From: a virus
Lineage: Duplodnaviria; Caudoviricetes
Length of the DNA: 51,894 nt
Virus record (IMG/VR): IMGVR_UViG_3300043419_001406
Span: 1-51,894 of that record
Direction: 5' to 3' (one strand)
The translations under genes were made by a program, and so were the position numbers. Positions 41,701 to 46,051 of the stretch are shown piece after piece (within the stretch, counting starts at the first letter, position 1; each line of letters begins with the position of its first letter). The notes beneath the pieces were generated by a model. That model saw only the letters and a list, made by a program, of their open reading frames with translations. It ran no database searches and was not told the DNA's origin.

Positions 41701-43018
41701 AGGCGAAGTCTCCGGCTACAAGCTGGACGTCGATAGCGGAATGCCCAGCTACATATCCAACCTGTCCGCGCTGAGCAGGCAGAACGACGATCCTCGTGTT
41801 TCCGCGATCATAAGGGCCACCCAAGAAGGCAAGCTCAGCCCTGAAGGCTTCAATAATCCTCCCGGATTCGGAGGCTTCAGGATTTCGCCCCAAGAAGGCG
41901 GCATGATAATCGGTCAGGCCGGAGGCTCCTATAATCCGGAAACCCCGATATCGTCGTCGGGCAACTACATAAACGCCGAAAGCGAGCCGGGCGCCGGATC
42001 ATTCAGGGGCCAGCAGCTTTCCGCCGAAAGGTCCGAAGCTCAGCCCACGGCGTCGTCGCTCACCCAAAATGGGGCGGTTCATCCGGCCGTATACGCCGCC
42101 GTGCTCGGCGGAGGAGTTGCCACCCCCGAGGCCGTGGCCAGCATGATAATCAAGATGAGGAACACCACCGTCACCACGATGGTCCATACCCCCGAGATGC
42201 GGACCAAGGAGCACGAGCTCGCGTTCAGGACGAAGGTGTCGTCTGGCATACACCTGCTGATGGCTTCCGGCCGGAAGGCTGAGCCCGGCAAGCCTGTCGA
42301 CCCGAACATCATCTCCGCCTTGGCCCAGCTTGCTGAAAAAGTCGAGGCCATGGGCCAGCTGAGCAACAGGCGCAGGTCTGAAAGCGTCGAAGACACCCGA
42401 TACAGGGACCTGAGGGATAACACCCCCATCACCTACGCGGACAACCTGATGGTCGACAGGTCGCAGCTGCCTAAGCTCCCTATGGCCGAGAAGCCCGCTG
42501 AGATCGATCCCAACGACAAGCGCTTCAGGATCTACGACAGGGACAAGGCCGTTGGGCTGCTCAAGGCCGGCCACTCGGATCTTGAGGTCGCGAAGCACAT
42601 GGGCGTCTCTAGGACCTTGATCGTACTCCTAAGGGCCAAAGAAGGCATAGCTCCCCTGCCGGAAGGCAGTCCGAGCAAGAGAGACCGCCGGGCGGTTCAT
42701 AAGCTTGGCGAAGAAGAAATCGTCAAGCGGATGGATGCCGTCGTCGAAGGCCTGAAGTCCAATCAGGGCACGGCGACCGAGCTCATCAGGAAGACCAACC
42801 TGACTGATTCCAAGCGCCAGCATGGCGGGTGGAAGAAGGTAAGGGATTATGTCGAGAGCAAGGGCGTTCCTAAGCCCAAGCGTCGCAGCCCAAAGAAGGT
42901 CGATCCTTCGCCTTCTGACAGCCTCAGCGACCCGACCCATGAAGCTCAGGTCAAGAAGCCTTCCAACCAATCAGATCTCATGAAACGCGAACAACTAGAA
43001 GGGGACATGAATGGATAA
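23708..43018 (+). CDS. Giant polyvalent (LPD-type) internal virion protein, 6436 aa
   Basis: Uninterrupted 19.3-kb ORF; glycine-zipper hydrophobic N-region; HEVAH (aa 622); LPD23-like FEISD...LLIHDELYALYPQL...LLHEVQHAIQ (aa 2392); EEFQSD module; C-terminal HTH. Confidence 0.85.
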   Translation: MEPTEPTQPQTPEDRDAQIKRDIIAGLQSGGMDLRAAPAFNFEEEEKPDVAAQTDPSLLTGKDIYEYMQMNRKARFSHDEMGRKSFRMMMEYMDTKKSDFMGSAENALSTMVEELGGLADAPLNPVKFAASTAEGAAKGIQDMYGIFAQSEDPGSWGFKLKSYFMRLAGKDDGDVDSQIRQFHEARDFNNRSYEHMEGKGTILGDYMPEGWRKTYEGLVDSKFATAMSYAVLDIPEWFFSAGSSTPSTALKLAATGAAKSRQATWAARAVERLGGYGTNLLGKNLDLAAGKSLEAAGTIIRAPFKAIYGSSAAAAQLAGDYAGNAVRNASTAAAVEMGAEIVGNGIRHPAMGFMRSIGLEALGELAQTAGADIVDRALGKAMVKPDAIGMTTLERLASGTARGAETMSREAQMLAVGLNASVGWSTSMSSSALKAMFRDGLIGAGIGYYNSREEGAGAGVGMGVAWGGLSGTVRHMGAYTRFQHQDQLLVDNFKGYGIEAFRRVLGTTGYESAKRFTEHVESFGDLRTSAIEMAHLQTLIAHEGNLMGVGNVNFYFGDVSKNPSELMQVLVDMKMPASEIVKTIEGVKNNPGMMADFKDVNNANKKVLILNSEQYRPTTGRHEVAHLLLRSVAEANGDMELIGDAAGNKFKIFRPNYLLNLLGASKDMGAMPDKAWNAMIQSYTALYAMATEGLDEAGAKARGMQMANAVETYREAYNNGQLKLQDPDVAYFVAQISRVAEEAFAYYQGGLSNVLPVDQYTKDPAARNMLRAWAENRAARKNSLIMADLELAGVEIRSRLTNPDGSPKLFSDQKDAHGNPIPVFDSFLFDDGKMLRTPGMDSWIDMVMRQAYSKGEVLTSTMDPFRQEALAKSAGKTHLFSSVAGGGMRLKSPKELDEMSSEQAKKILGAAGSVPEDVRPFVEVDQEGATKIKLESIGAEALEAIRQSGAFTKQEWDAIAGMINIVQRNRQGSMHNNVLNATLLAHTMQVRKGASVIRLTGKDVPVTYRSFVPLSVEVYVKTHDAQGNPLRSPKGGVLIHSLDIAAENRRLQRVFKRADVQQLFGGDFDKFVKTFNAYVINQSGLNGARVPTADLLRPIYGPDAERVRDILYEAFGGRKTKDSAWINEPGNGYRGGADDPNRPFFTMRFDTMADIQVQPTAWNPYSRVPFFPYIHNVAYEGITKNFQLSGFAASPLANGGMMLRNRQGFEIYESKKGYTLFDPFGIKVGVFKTAAKAMKKAAKDAGELDEADTIPGNSTFHTPEGPSEMEPSAYLSSTMMLGGRSGQIAAKLSAGRSARGMSPVEYVAALARTNPKASFDASPVSSSSSPNVFHPTNNAGVGLVNLPPIVAPDGTVIIDKAVPKKFIRMDEAFGSAALNLDGIDIPAEQAILSADGTTPTAMPGGDMINIAMSFSPAHVRGLVSLHGLDFANAAFSNRAATSLVVATAVRNGSIPIPSTSGAGNASHAMALASLMGQRDASGTSIHEGYVDDFVSKKQIDVLGDMATKVAGGNVGAYDLDKIGNYKDQKPNPAFLKSALSIRATFGTLDWAKGIVKSVQSGKTPSTAQVAAARAILSAVEGKATQTGSPARMQLTRVANLDFARAYTEAKMVYGTEQNAPLAGGAAGGQWIFSAPDNPDHVIMFNDAMVDLSDVDPSVSSYQAALVVREIEAHHAKFMQAVKASGSKIPVFDEGSVRTSWISGLNDLIPGLSDAFTDIIINPKRSPRPSARVQTFLDAWRDSANRTASNGGIFKKTVIGKFGTNGKLELAKTGSKIGFAWMSLDNVNDPDVDNVLTHRSIYEGIEDAINRHAVGDPNAIVDAAVLYGVISSLTSDGNPFFHLIKPTYERTLAGGVKDTFNRTTFSSVRDQRYGKYNTSAGYPSRPYSKPATSIYDLPASRAYVTKRSTKALKAADASAPMYLEASVNSADPSRYRSVARDNAIIGSSISPIVVRTKGTNPVLQGGAASMVVHSKSASVMWYAGTKNPGHMTMIPESLGADNLITGGTVMDPAGQTSSPAFLSIAMESMDAAGNFDFSKKIARVDKDVGEWLGMYSNLGNNSRNFVDQITKSIREGLDQAAGDTDKVGLVYASLTKALIDVGVSHDQAMFAERMIIERIKLQDAVRSSGVGSAEALNSLASISDAILQSEEARAGGPRIGGLSKNKIESYTAMLKEYRKTGEFQLGSKEVAKGKTIEGDNLLMLSGRKAEAYLSKERKEMLIAMGLMGKLKDSAGNIHTYFEISDARAKLNTATFANGLAGVLTEGLPDAEAAIEGALLSRIGRANTVDLQSLIDNFNSRNLKLKDLLIHDELYALYPQLPEMKVTCTRGLGASFNPAGDKGFQIGVDNLLRQEYASRLDIDSSSARAGEGMGHEGHGEFPSYEELLRDTLLHEVQHAIQNAEDWRDIAFQADAGIRSMTTDPTAPVFSDAQNPSGYLTPFYVGAAKALGSDENIGIMGPFEDDGTLSSDVVRILKKHFADHDKLANVVIRNTGAAGIRESIGYAGTDDVVRAIKAIIESPLAKTLVADEIPSVVRIAERYATAIDLFEFALSNRASEFDDTARANMAAKLRANRVAVMNMRAAAMASLERVKEGSDPLVEASALAGVVRDLQPSMIIKDPSLSILAKDVVGNMDYLTYVQEVAVRPLTRSLSKLALAAHNGPSSLSPLQANLRIAEVVHGLMGALYMQDPMEISARETEARSKMSLEQLAKLPRKTTEDIVKMPEALRIGLFARSVAMSDMGMEMSPGMFDEFKNDNLLMIGGSKGSQKLSSEVLTSQSAVYELGLRYMARASLLSHLIKPDDIIKRANELAYKSRGWKITPEGKAVYVVSEGLLSISREGVSGRDVVFNLMNTLDTTAGQPRRDRAIRNDTDQRIQRIEAGKNKDARSRAMSGIVGPNPENLSLQDIEKMGSAFGRVADAEYYRDNDSSGDAGVLFAAGLSKDGTSVTIEDIADAIGAAIKVESEMTMGSPALDAVMSSNFPDFFLGENLVQMLRTAGVDEQSILSSRADEISKSFANKRVSKSEVADLMAIMHDVPFADYANDVTNREQVLMSVGKLDEELPEKIRAAYFEDGDMGKFIRSTVHTILNSRTTSGDEPLKYMFDSDTALSGGSGIMRLHNVVTTVITQHWNMIEGLYNLTGNRSVAEKLLKRLTDRYPTARDVSPSFHSNRVVFQKSVTMAGGGIDRDTAANMMRKAFTNRLSKLLMALTPLAERVAELSRADETTATLKLLEHIYGKVIDETLQHVERMRMSADDSGGVISGYSALVGRHIGMGGGSYSITDKSRATFQKLAERTLGGTRVSRMSGTLPLVGLYGGATHLMRLSSRVDNVFMSTAGVALQGQGGFVSDSGRSSNLISNQTAGETELRLMLESRPDVTRILEESADLADEADLTAARLIVSKMGDMVTAGSEDMVENHAPMIVSVMRAHRRLRQMAKGVMAAIDTQGNYLGVGSQLRPSKMISYYGNVFLSDQTAALINKTIADDQVGMELTLHHLQDQREKATALLELMRSIEDQPGILQNFGTIMTESFGDTYHTAADVNNARRLTNLSTLRTYVPKDGEKRLVITSAHESLMSAAEEKDITILSGMDTTSMNSPAFASGRYAANDYTVSANLFGDMPGEPIGTALERTSSVLAKALDTSQMRDIQFADQVARTMRSFKGQTSMSYKQNSIGRSMIHVAGGGFGLYGAADQLSKSNDAKLRALGEALRSFDHEVGVDYETDLASSLLAGLMVPLLKRLSDRESLYDAKADIAFLVDAFSKDKANWSGNLDDFVLSCQNAMSRSNGIGIRRLGQYMSVRFSSADWQGMARAAGAVMFDRHISLGLATKFTADEIKAIRREYMKTLASNKADTPEYESYHRQRSQAGELPYTREVLLEEGQGLSKGTKISESKSALYAMNNLIEQVLGTSDHGSGSALFFAVLGGLTDHEGVKHSPAAIKTDDGWKVAPSGFSQNADSSARDIAYGSVTADEVFVEGPSGFSEASGASIYEKGSLFSSGEVMTADRGGIAMALMTHPEMESYLSVVRSQGVPVTTSFKPARHPRLTKDIVRTHIRKSIAARLRDSGTDVIEIQPASMSLSYRAPSAAMLIGMRGMDTIKEAVKDWNGSGIRSIDRSIQYKTGTQKGNYIAAGEKGLSLVEGMYGDIGAMAESRPSRGFSWTRAANGDILVNISGDHLGYKLDARGQGKKMGFGFSLTEGVGFDGTRGIFIPAKGGVQSAIRHIMGTYGHFMGDAYDTGSSSMKAAYIRADERMGGRIHRSRIDGAGKDIAIAAKEVVSPSVGPKTDLTRAASRLALGQSAGYVTIRIPANSNMETIRQMLLTAHMDPTITPNYGLAANTGRLDNITLHEMSVGNGGIMSPIQDQSGSYSRSIKHKIRTEGNSILDSDQDAKSLIDSLTRIKSQIDPHVVEDIELLVAKIVGKESGYFLPDAERKLALDGDTGMAIASLFPGREDLLKYSWDAKARHGIKVWKRTGPKGDANFRAHVVQFDTPVSISPEGGLQISKTAFAFKTAAEAEQYANQVSRMMSGAEMVKALADGDIEVVDRPDLAKANDDFIGDVEPRKLSMLGEEGIVQSENGYTVGDLDSVFDKKTASQMSKVLGSRKHVRFKSSNLLMIGSRSMDELESLVKSKLNFGLPKGPIRFASKAMNAISRGLDNHKRHRDVMSGADWFAFMKTNGVSGEEIRQSGLGQLFSTSLETPLSRMDVAEFLAAMMPNLVKNDFKFSPYQRAIEAMTMDIPSSPQNPAPAFLQSSGWHVPYIQNAAIQTVANMKMSIDAVRGPVSELSNRLKAAVDANNEPAVAKLKAAINVISDALISAAGRLGIPEDRVVDMMRGGLGMADVVEAMNEQLKQRLREATSETSTSSDIAKLANDLDFTGVESVRQKYNDEVAKMMKDAALLEALSGVAPEIYAPLRLMKHGWIGATNPSLGALSTTIGGSGEIPKNMWFGSGYTELMGQTLGTRKEGWATYSTGKQETGTNTAVQYYSPAIRDQISQYIADLGEQALAAEQAGDLQKADAARKLRDAAKRVATVREALSGAPYGSAGSHFGNYLPSGDVTPAGGEYEIGHYRYSLNLALSGLSVPLFDKPEALLIGAKEAGLPMEVRLDKLGYPVMMLEEFQSDLFQRYGGTGVVEEADAFLPASAEEAVRMQSVPAIKEKKERMASLTAIRDNMAKHLLESLMDVTDDKSFTDLTIRLQLNNLDLMNKMFITASCPGLFRGTGRYVKTPETLIASIKKQAGFTLPERMLVVEPDVELIKIGMGGELSEASWQKVSDRMIRNMRSAEDVHVLFREGGMNMDQIVQAVMRHPRRSLEQSMRSISQLMAKANTDMLSENYLLKILPNVENAPNGDLKQLLLGLAERIQQRGTSGGAEGSANLLAAQLAAMVLLDEKYVLDISKAVQDGSKIDYEAVARRTLETIRAKFADSRSFNGKTVLTAFEVMLMQASEPKPFLGAENNFSAGTGIGHAELGSLIAAAEIPEADLADVENISINQLNEYLGLTMRQRERMVGEIAESISMGGDLSKKAIYISRGPSVDDVGPQRSYVTIRTTNLEPMQLANRVVLEMLKAKKEGRAIRSIVVADYNRYSGTQAGAFVRSISELFVAMAKKESLTPEIDKLGSEIAELSKGVPEIGSLKGAQKHGSSAVLPNSLPLVDINGYKSAHLSMAVIDSMNHGMRGVGLYDASFQLERGHGLDNDPTTYIGFGKNNRYVFALDDKLAFKPIQALLYTYEKLLGEYNGQDGPHGGFLYRLANLDEEDVIRLKSGSTIDHNGVTGTLGKHMAIFMKDMSERIPDGMVETIKTSYDTNVSFEMGGRLLSRFEQSIDKSLKRNLTSSLSGPAFVGGKKVENVLWEGGTKFNANAMKDSVLTLMPAQAHGSAGWGYLTNYGLPGWKVDLMMTGASRAFRDNYSLDAFDRPKFEVRGSNMVLLDPKTGRELVTVDVTSEQGMRIFREKYLQASKYRGGNWAIRAFMKEWGAAGAYIDTTVLADLPNYRGEVSGYKLDVDSGMPSYISNLSALSRQNDDPRVSAIIRATQEGKLSPEGFNNPPGFGGFRISPQEGGMIIGQAGGSYNPETPISSSGNYINAESEPGAGSFRGQQLSAERSEAQPTASSLTQNGAVHPAVYAAVLGGGVATPEAVASMIIKMRNTTVTTMVHTPEMRTKEHELAFRTKVSSGIHLLMASGRKAEPGKPVDPNIISALAQLAEKVEAMGQLSNRRRSESVEDTRYRDLRDNTPITYADNLMVDRSQLPKLPMAEKPAEIDPNDKRFRIYDRDKAVGLLKAGHSDLEVAKHMGVSRTLIVLLRAKEGIAPLPEGSPSKRDRRAVHKLGEEEIVKRMDAVVEGLKSNQGTATELIRKTNLTDSKRQHGGWKKVRDYVESKGVPKPKRRSPKKVDPSPSDSLSDPTHEAQVKKPSNQSDLMKREQLEGDMNG

Positions 43019-43355
43019 CCCAGCAGACAAGGCAGATGCCGTGTTCGTAAAAGACGCGGTAATCTCAGGCATATTAGGGGGAGCCGCCATGGGTGCCCGA
43101 ATACTCCTCAGCCCCGAGCCGCTATCGCTGGCTTGGATAATCCGCCGGGCGGCGGCCGCCATGATAACGGCGGCCATCGTCGGGCTCGTCGCACAGGACT
43201 ACATACAGAGCAAGGGAGCCCTGTACGCATCGATCGGAGCGGCCGGAGCAGTAGCCCCGGAGCTCATGGAATACCTCATACGCTACGTCCGCGCTCGCGG
43301 CGAAAAGGAACTCCAACATGCGACACGAACCAAACAAAAGAAACGACGAAAGTAA
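43011..43355 (+). CDS. Holin
   Basis: 114 aa, about three hydrophobic segments, basic C-terminal tail. Confidence 0.7.
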   Translation: MDNPADKADAVFVKDAVISGILGGAAMGARILLSPEPLSLAWIIRRAAAAMITAAIVGLVAQDYIQSKGALYASIGAAGAVAPELMEYLIRYVRARGEKELQHATRTKQKKRRK

Positions 43356-44346
43356 CCTTCTATGGGCTACTACGATAATTCTATCAATGGCCGCATCCTG
43401 CGCGGCCTATACCAGCTATGTCGTGCAATCGGTATTAAACTCCCTGAGGTCGACGGAGGCCATGGTCGTCCTTCTGACGCCGGACGGAATCGCAAGCGAC
43501 GACAAGAATCTGGAGCGAAACCTGAACGCCGCGCAAAGAGCCCTCGAAACAAGCGCCGACCTGTCGCTCGCCCTGACCATAGCCTGCGCGATCGTCGCAT
43601 CAGGCCTGATAACCCGCGTCGTTAGGTCCATGAGGTCCGTGCCCGTCATCGTGGCCGTCCTGCTTCTCGCAGGCTGTTCAAGCCGCAGGGAGAAGCTCCC
43701 AGAAGCACAGCCCGCACCCAAGGGAGCGGAGCTCGAAAGGGTCGGCAAAGATTTGGATGTCATCGACTCTCGGGTTGCCGCGGCCGTAAGTGTGGCTCGG
43801 GAGGCTAACACGGCGGGCAAGCCGGCCGTCGTCGAGTCTGAGCTGTCGGTGGCATCCTCCTTCCTGCCTAAGGCCACGGAGGGCGATCTAGCCTACGCGC
43901 GCCAGCGTTCGGAGAAAGCCACGCCGGCCGAGTACGAAGCCCAGCGCAAGAAGGCGGCCGAGAAGCAGAAGGCCCTCGAAGCCGAATGGGCCAACCTTGA
44001 GAAGCAGGCCGCGGCCAGCAAGGCCGCCCTAGTGGCGAGGGACGCCCGCATCGTCGAGCTTGTCGCCGAGCTGGACAGGGCGAAGAAGGACGCGGCATCC
44101 CAGCTATGGACCATGGCCGGCATAGCCATGGCGGCCCTTGGCGGGCTATGCGTGGCGTTCGTAGGCCCGAAGAAGGGCCTGCCCCTCATCGTGTGCGGAG
44201 CAGCCATGGGAGCCGTGCCGTTCGTGATAGACTCGGCCTACTTCACCTATGTGATGGCCGGTACGCTCGGGTGCCTATCGCTCCTGCTGGTCTGGTACGC
44301 TTGGGATTGGGTTCGTGACAGGGTCAAGGGCGGCGGTACGGCTTGA
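43318..44346 (+). CDS. Membrane protein with internal lipobox; spanin-like
   Basis: Two N-terminal TM segments, MRSVPVIVAVLLLAGC from 43630, coiled coil, about three C-terminal TM segments. Confidence 0.6.
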   Translation: MRHEPNKRNDESNLLWATTIILSMAASCAAYTSYVVQSVLNSLRSTEAMVVLLTPDGIASDDKNLERNLNAAQRALETSADLSLALTIACAIVASGLITRVVRSMRSVPVIVAVLLLAGCSSRREKLPEAQPAPKGAELERVGKDLDVIDSRVAAAVSVAREANTAGKPAVVESELSVASSFLPKATEGDLAYARQRSEKATPAEYEAQRKKAAEKQKALEAEWANLEKQAAASKAALVARDARIVELVAELDRAKKDAASQLWTMAGIAMAALGGLCVAFVGPKKGLPLIVCGAAMGAVPFVIDSAYFTYVMAGTLGCLSLLLVWYAWDWVRDRVKGGGTA

Positions 44347-44461
44347 CTCAAGGCGACCCCGCGCGATCATCTTAATCGAGGCGTCGTTGTTGTCGTCTCA
44401 TTAAGTGTGCGTGGGGTAGCTACGGCTTTAAAGGGGGAGGTTCGCCTCCCCCGCCTACCGC

Positions 44462-44493
44462 AAAATAAAGAAGCCCGGATTTCTCCGGACTTC
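44462..44493 (-). terminator. Intrinsic terminator after tRNA-Leu
   Basis: GAAGTCCGGA-GAAA-TCCGGGCTTC followed by TTTATTTT. Confidence 0.8.
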
Positions 44494-44494
44494 G

Positions 44495-44575
44495 TGCCCA
44501 AGGAGGGACTTGAACCCTCATGTCTTTCGACGCCCGTGCTTAAGACGGGTGCGTATGCCATTCCGCCACTTGGGC
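44495..44575 (-). tRNA. tRNA-Leu (TAA)
   Basis: GCCCAAGTGGCGGAATGGCATACGCACCCGTCTTAAGCACGGG...GGTTCAAGTCCCTCCTTGGGCA; long variable arm; CCA not encoded. Confidence 0.9.
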
Positions 44576-44581
44576 CTCCGG

Positions 44582-45013
44582 TCAGGATGCGAGAGCCTTG
44601 AGGGCTTTGCGCAAATCGCGGATGGCCTTACGGGCTTCGACCTTGGTCGAGCGATCGACCTTGGCTTCGGCCTTGGTTTCGACGACCTGCTGGCCGGCGA
44701 CGCCGTAGGTGGCGGGATCGAGACCGAGCGCGCGGGAGAAGCGGATGGCTCCGATCTCGCGCATCACTCCGCGCCGGATGAGGTCGGAGACGTTGATCTT
44801 CTCCTCGCGGGCGGTGTTGACGATCTGCTTGTACAGCTCGCCCGGGACGGCGGCGCTGAGCACCCCGTGGACCGACTTGCCGTAGGCCATGCCCAAGCTG
44901 GCCTTGCGGCCGTTGAGCTTGTCCTGCTTCGCGGCGGCGATGCGGGTGCTGTTCTTCTTGCCGACCTTCTTGAGGGAGAAGCCGGACTCGTTGTTGATGC
45001 TGATGTTCTGCAT
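44582..45013 (-). CDS. Basic ribbon-helix-helix (CopG/Arc-like) DNA-binding protein
   Basis: VLSAAVPGELYKQIVNTAREEKINVSDLIRRGV. Confidence 0.65.
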   Translation of the reverse strand: MQNISINNESGFSLKKVGKKNSTRIAAAKQDKLNGRKASLGMAYGKSVHGVLSAAVPGELYKQIVNTAREEKINVSDLIRRGVMREIGAIRFSRALGLDPATYGVAGQQVVETKAEAKVDRSTKVEARKAIRDLRKALKALAS

Positions 45014-45036
45014 GTGTGTGTTTGGGTGGAAAGTTT

Positions 45037-45108
45037 TGGCCCCACTAGGAGTCGAACCTAGATTAAGCGTTTAGGAAACGCCTGTCCTATCCGTTGAACG
45101 ATGAGGCC
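45037..45108 (-). tRNA. tRNA-Arg (CCT)
   Basis: GGCCTCATCGTTCAACGGATAGGACAGGCGTTTCCTAAACGCTTAATCTAGGTTCGACTCCTAGTGGGGCCA. Confidence 0.9.
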
Positions 45109-45115
45109 GAGATGA

Positions 45116-45835
45116 TTAGAACGGGACTTCGTCGCTGGTGGGCTCGGGGCGGGTGATGCCCGGGCTGCTCTTGGCCTTGATGTAGTCGTCGAGGGCGGCC
45201 CTCAGGATCACATCGGCTTCAGAGATGCCCTTGTCGCCGTAGGGCTTGGGCTGCCATTCCTTGGCGTACCAATCGAGGCTGTTGGCCGGCAGGGAGCCAA
45301 GCGTCTGGCCCTTGTTCTTGCCGAAGTGGAGGGCGACGTTACGCCACTCGCCGGCGACGGCGGACGGAGCCTGCTTGGGCTTGGCCGGAGCGTCGTAGGA
45401 GGCCTTGGCATGGGGGACGTAGGTGTTCGTCTCGACGGCGGCCTGACCATCGTCATCCTCTGCGGCCAGATTTGCGATGGCGCTCAGGGCGTACCGCCTC
45501 AGGTAGCTGTAGATCGAGCCGGCTTTCTGAGCGTCAATCTTGGCCGGGTCCACCGGAAGATGGGCGACGAAGTCGAGCTGGTCTCCGCTGACGTGGAGCA
45601 GGATGGTCTTGATGCCGACCTGTCCGCTGTAGGAGGACGGGTGCTGGATGATGGTCCATCCGTGCTTGGCGAAGGTGCCCTTGATGGCTTCAATGTGCGA
45701 ACCGAGGGTCGCATACTTATTGCCGTAGTGAGGGTTCTTGGCGTCGAACTTTGGCGGCTGAACTTCGCTGATAGCCTTGACCAGAGCCGCGGAAGCGACG
45801 GCGCTGAGCTTGTTGTTGGGTTCTTGGTATTCCAT
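45116..45835 (-). CDS. erf: ERF family single-strand annealing protein
   Basis: KNPHYGNKYATL, AQKAGSIYSYLRRYAL and EDDDG motifs; C-terminal FGKNKG domain and DEVPF tail. Confidence 0.9.
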   Translation of the reverse strand: MEYQEPNNKLSAVASAALVKAISEVQPPKFDAKNPHYGNKYATLGSHIEAIKGTFAKHGWTIIQHPSSYSGQVGIKTILLHVSGDQLDFVAHLPVDPAKIDAQKAGSIYSYLRRYALSAIANLAAEDDDGQAAVETNTYVPHAKASYDAPAKPKQAPSAVAGEWRNVALHFGKNKGQTLGSLPANSLDWYAKEWQPKPYGDKGISEADVILRAALDDYIKAKSSPGITRPEPTSDEVPF

Positions 45836-45844
45836 GGTGGGAGA

Positions 45845-46051
45845 TTATTTGATCTTGGTGAAAGTGTGGCCGGACAGACGGATGCCGTCGGCGCGTCGCT
45901 CAAGGAGCCAATCGCTTATGATCTGGGAGCCGATGACGGTCTTGGATGTTTTGTTCTTTTTTGCGATTTTGGCCAGCAAGGACCATTCGGCTTTGGTCAG
46001 GCGAAGCGTCAGGAATTGGCGAGGCTGATCGTAGACCTTGGGCCTGCTCAT
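45845..46051 (-). CDS. Small RHH/Arc-like regulator
   Basis: FLTLRLTKAEWSLLAKIAKKNKTSKT. Confidence 0.65.
   Translation of the reverse strand: MSRPKVYDQPRQFLTLRLTKAEWSLLAKIAKKNKTSKTVIGSQIISDWLLERRADGIRLSGHTFTKIK

Noticed and set aside
42860-42900. NLS-like KPKRRSPKKV
   Set aside because: Basic disordered tail in a bacterial phage protein; nothing supports a eukaryotic role.
23708-43018. Giant protein as an N4- or crAss-type virion RNA polymerase, or a DarB-type methylase/helicase
   Set aside because: I found no DxDGD, T7-like polymerase, NPPY/F or Walker A plus DExH motifs by eye; a remote fold match cannot be excluded without HMM searches.
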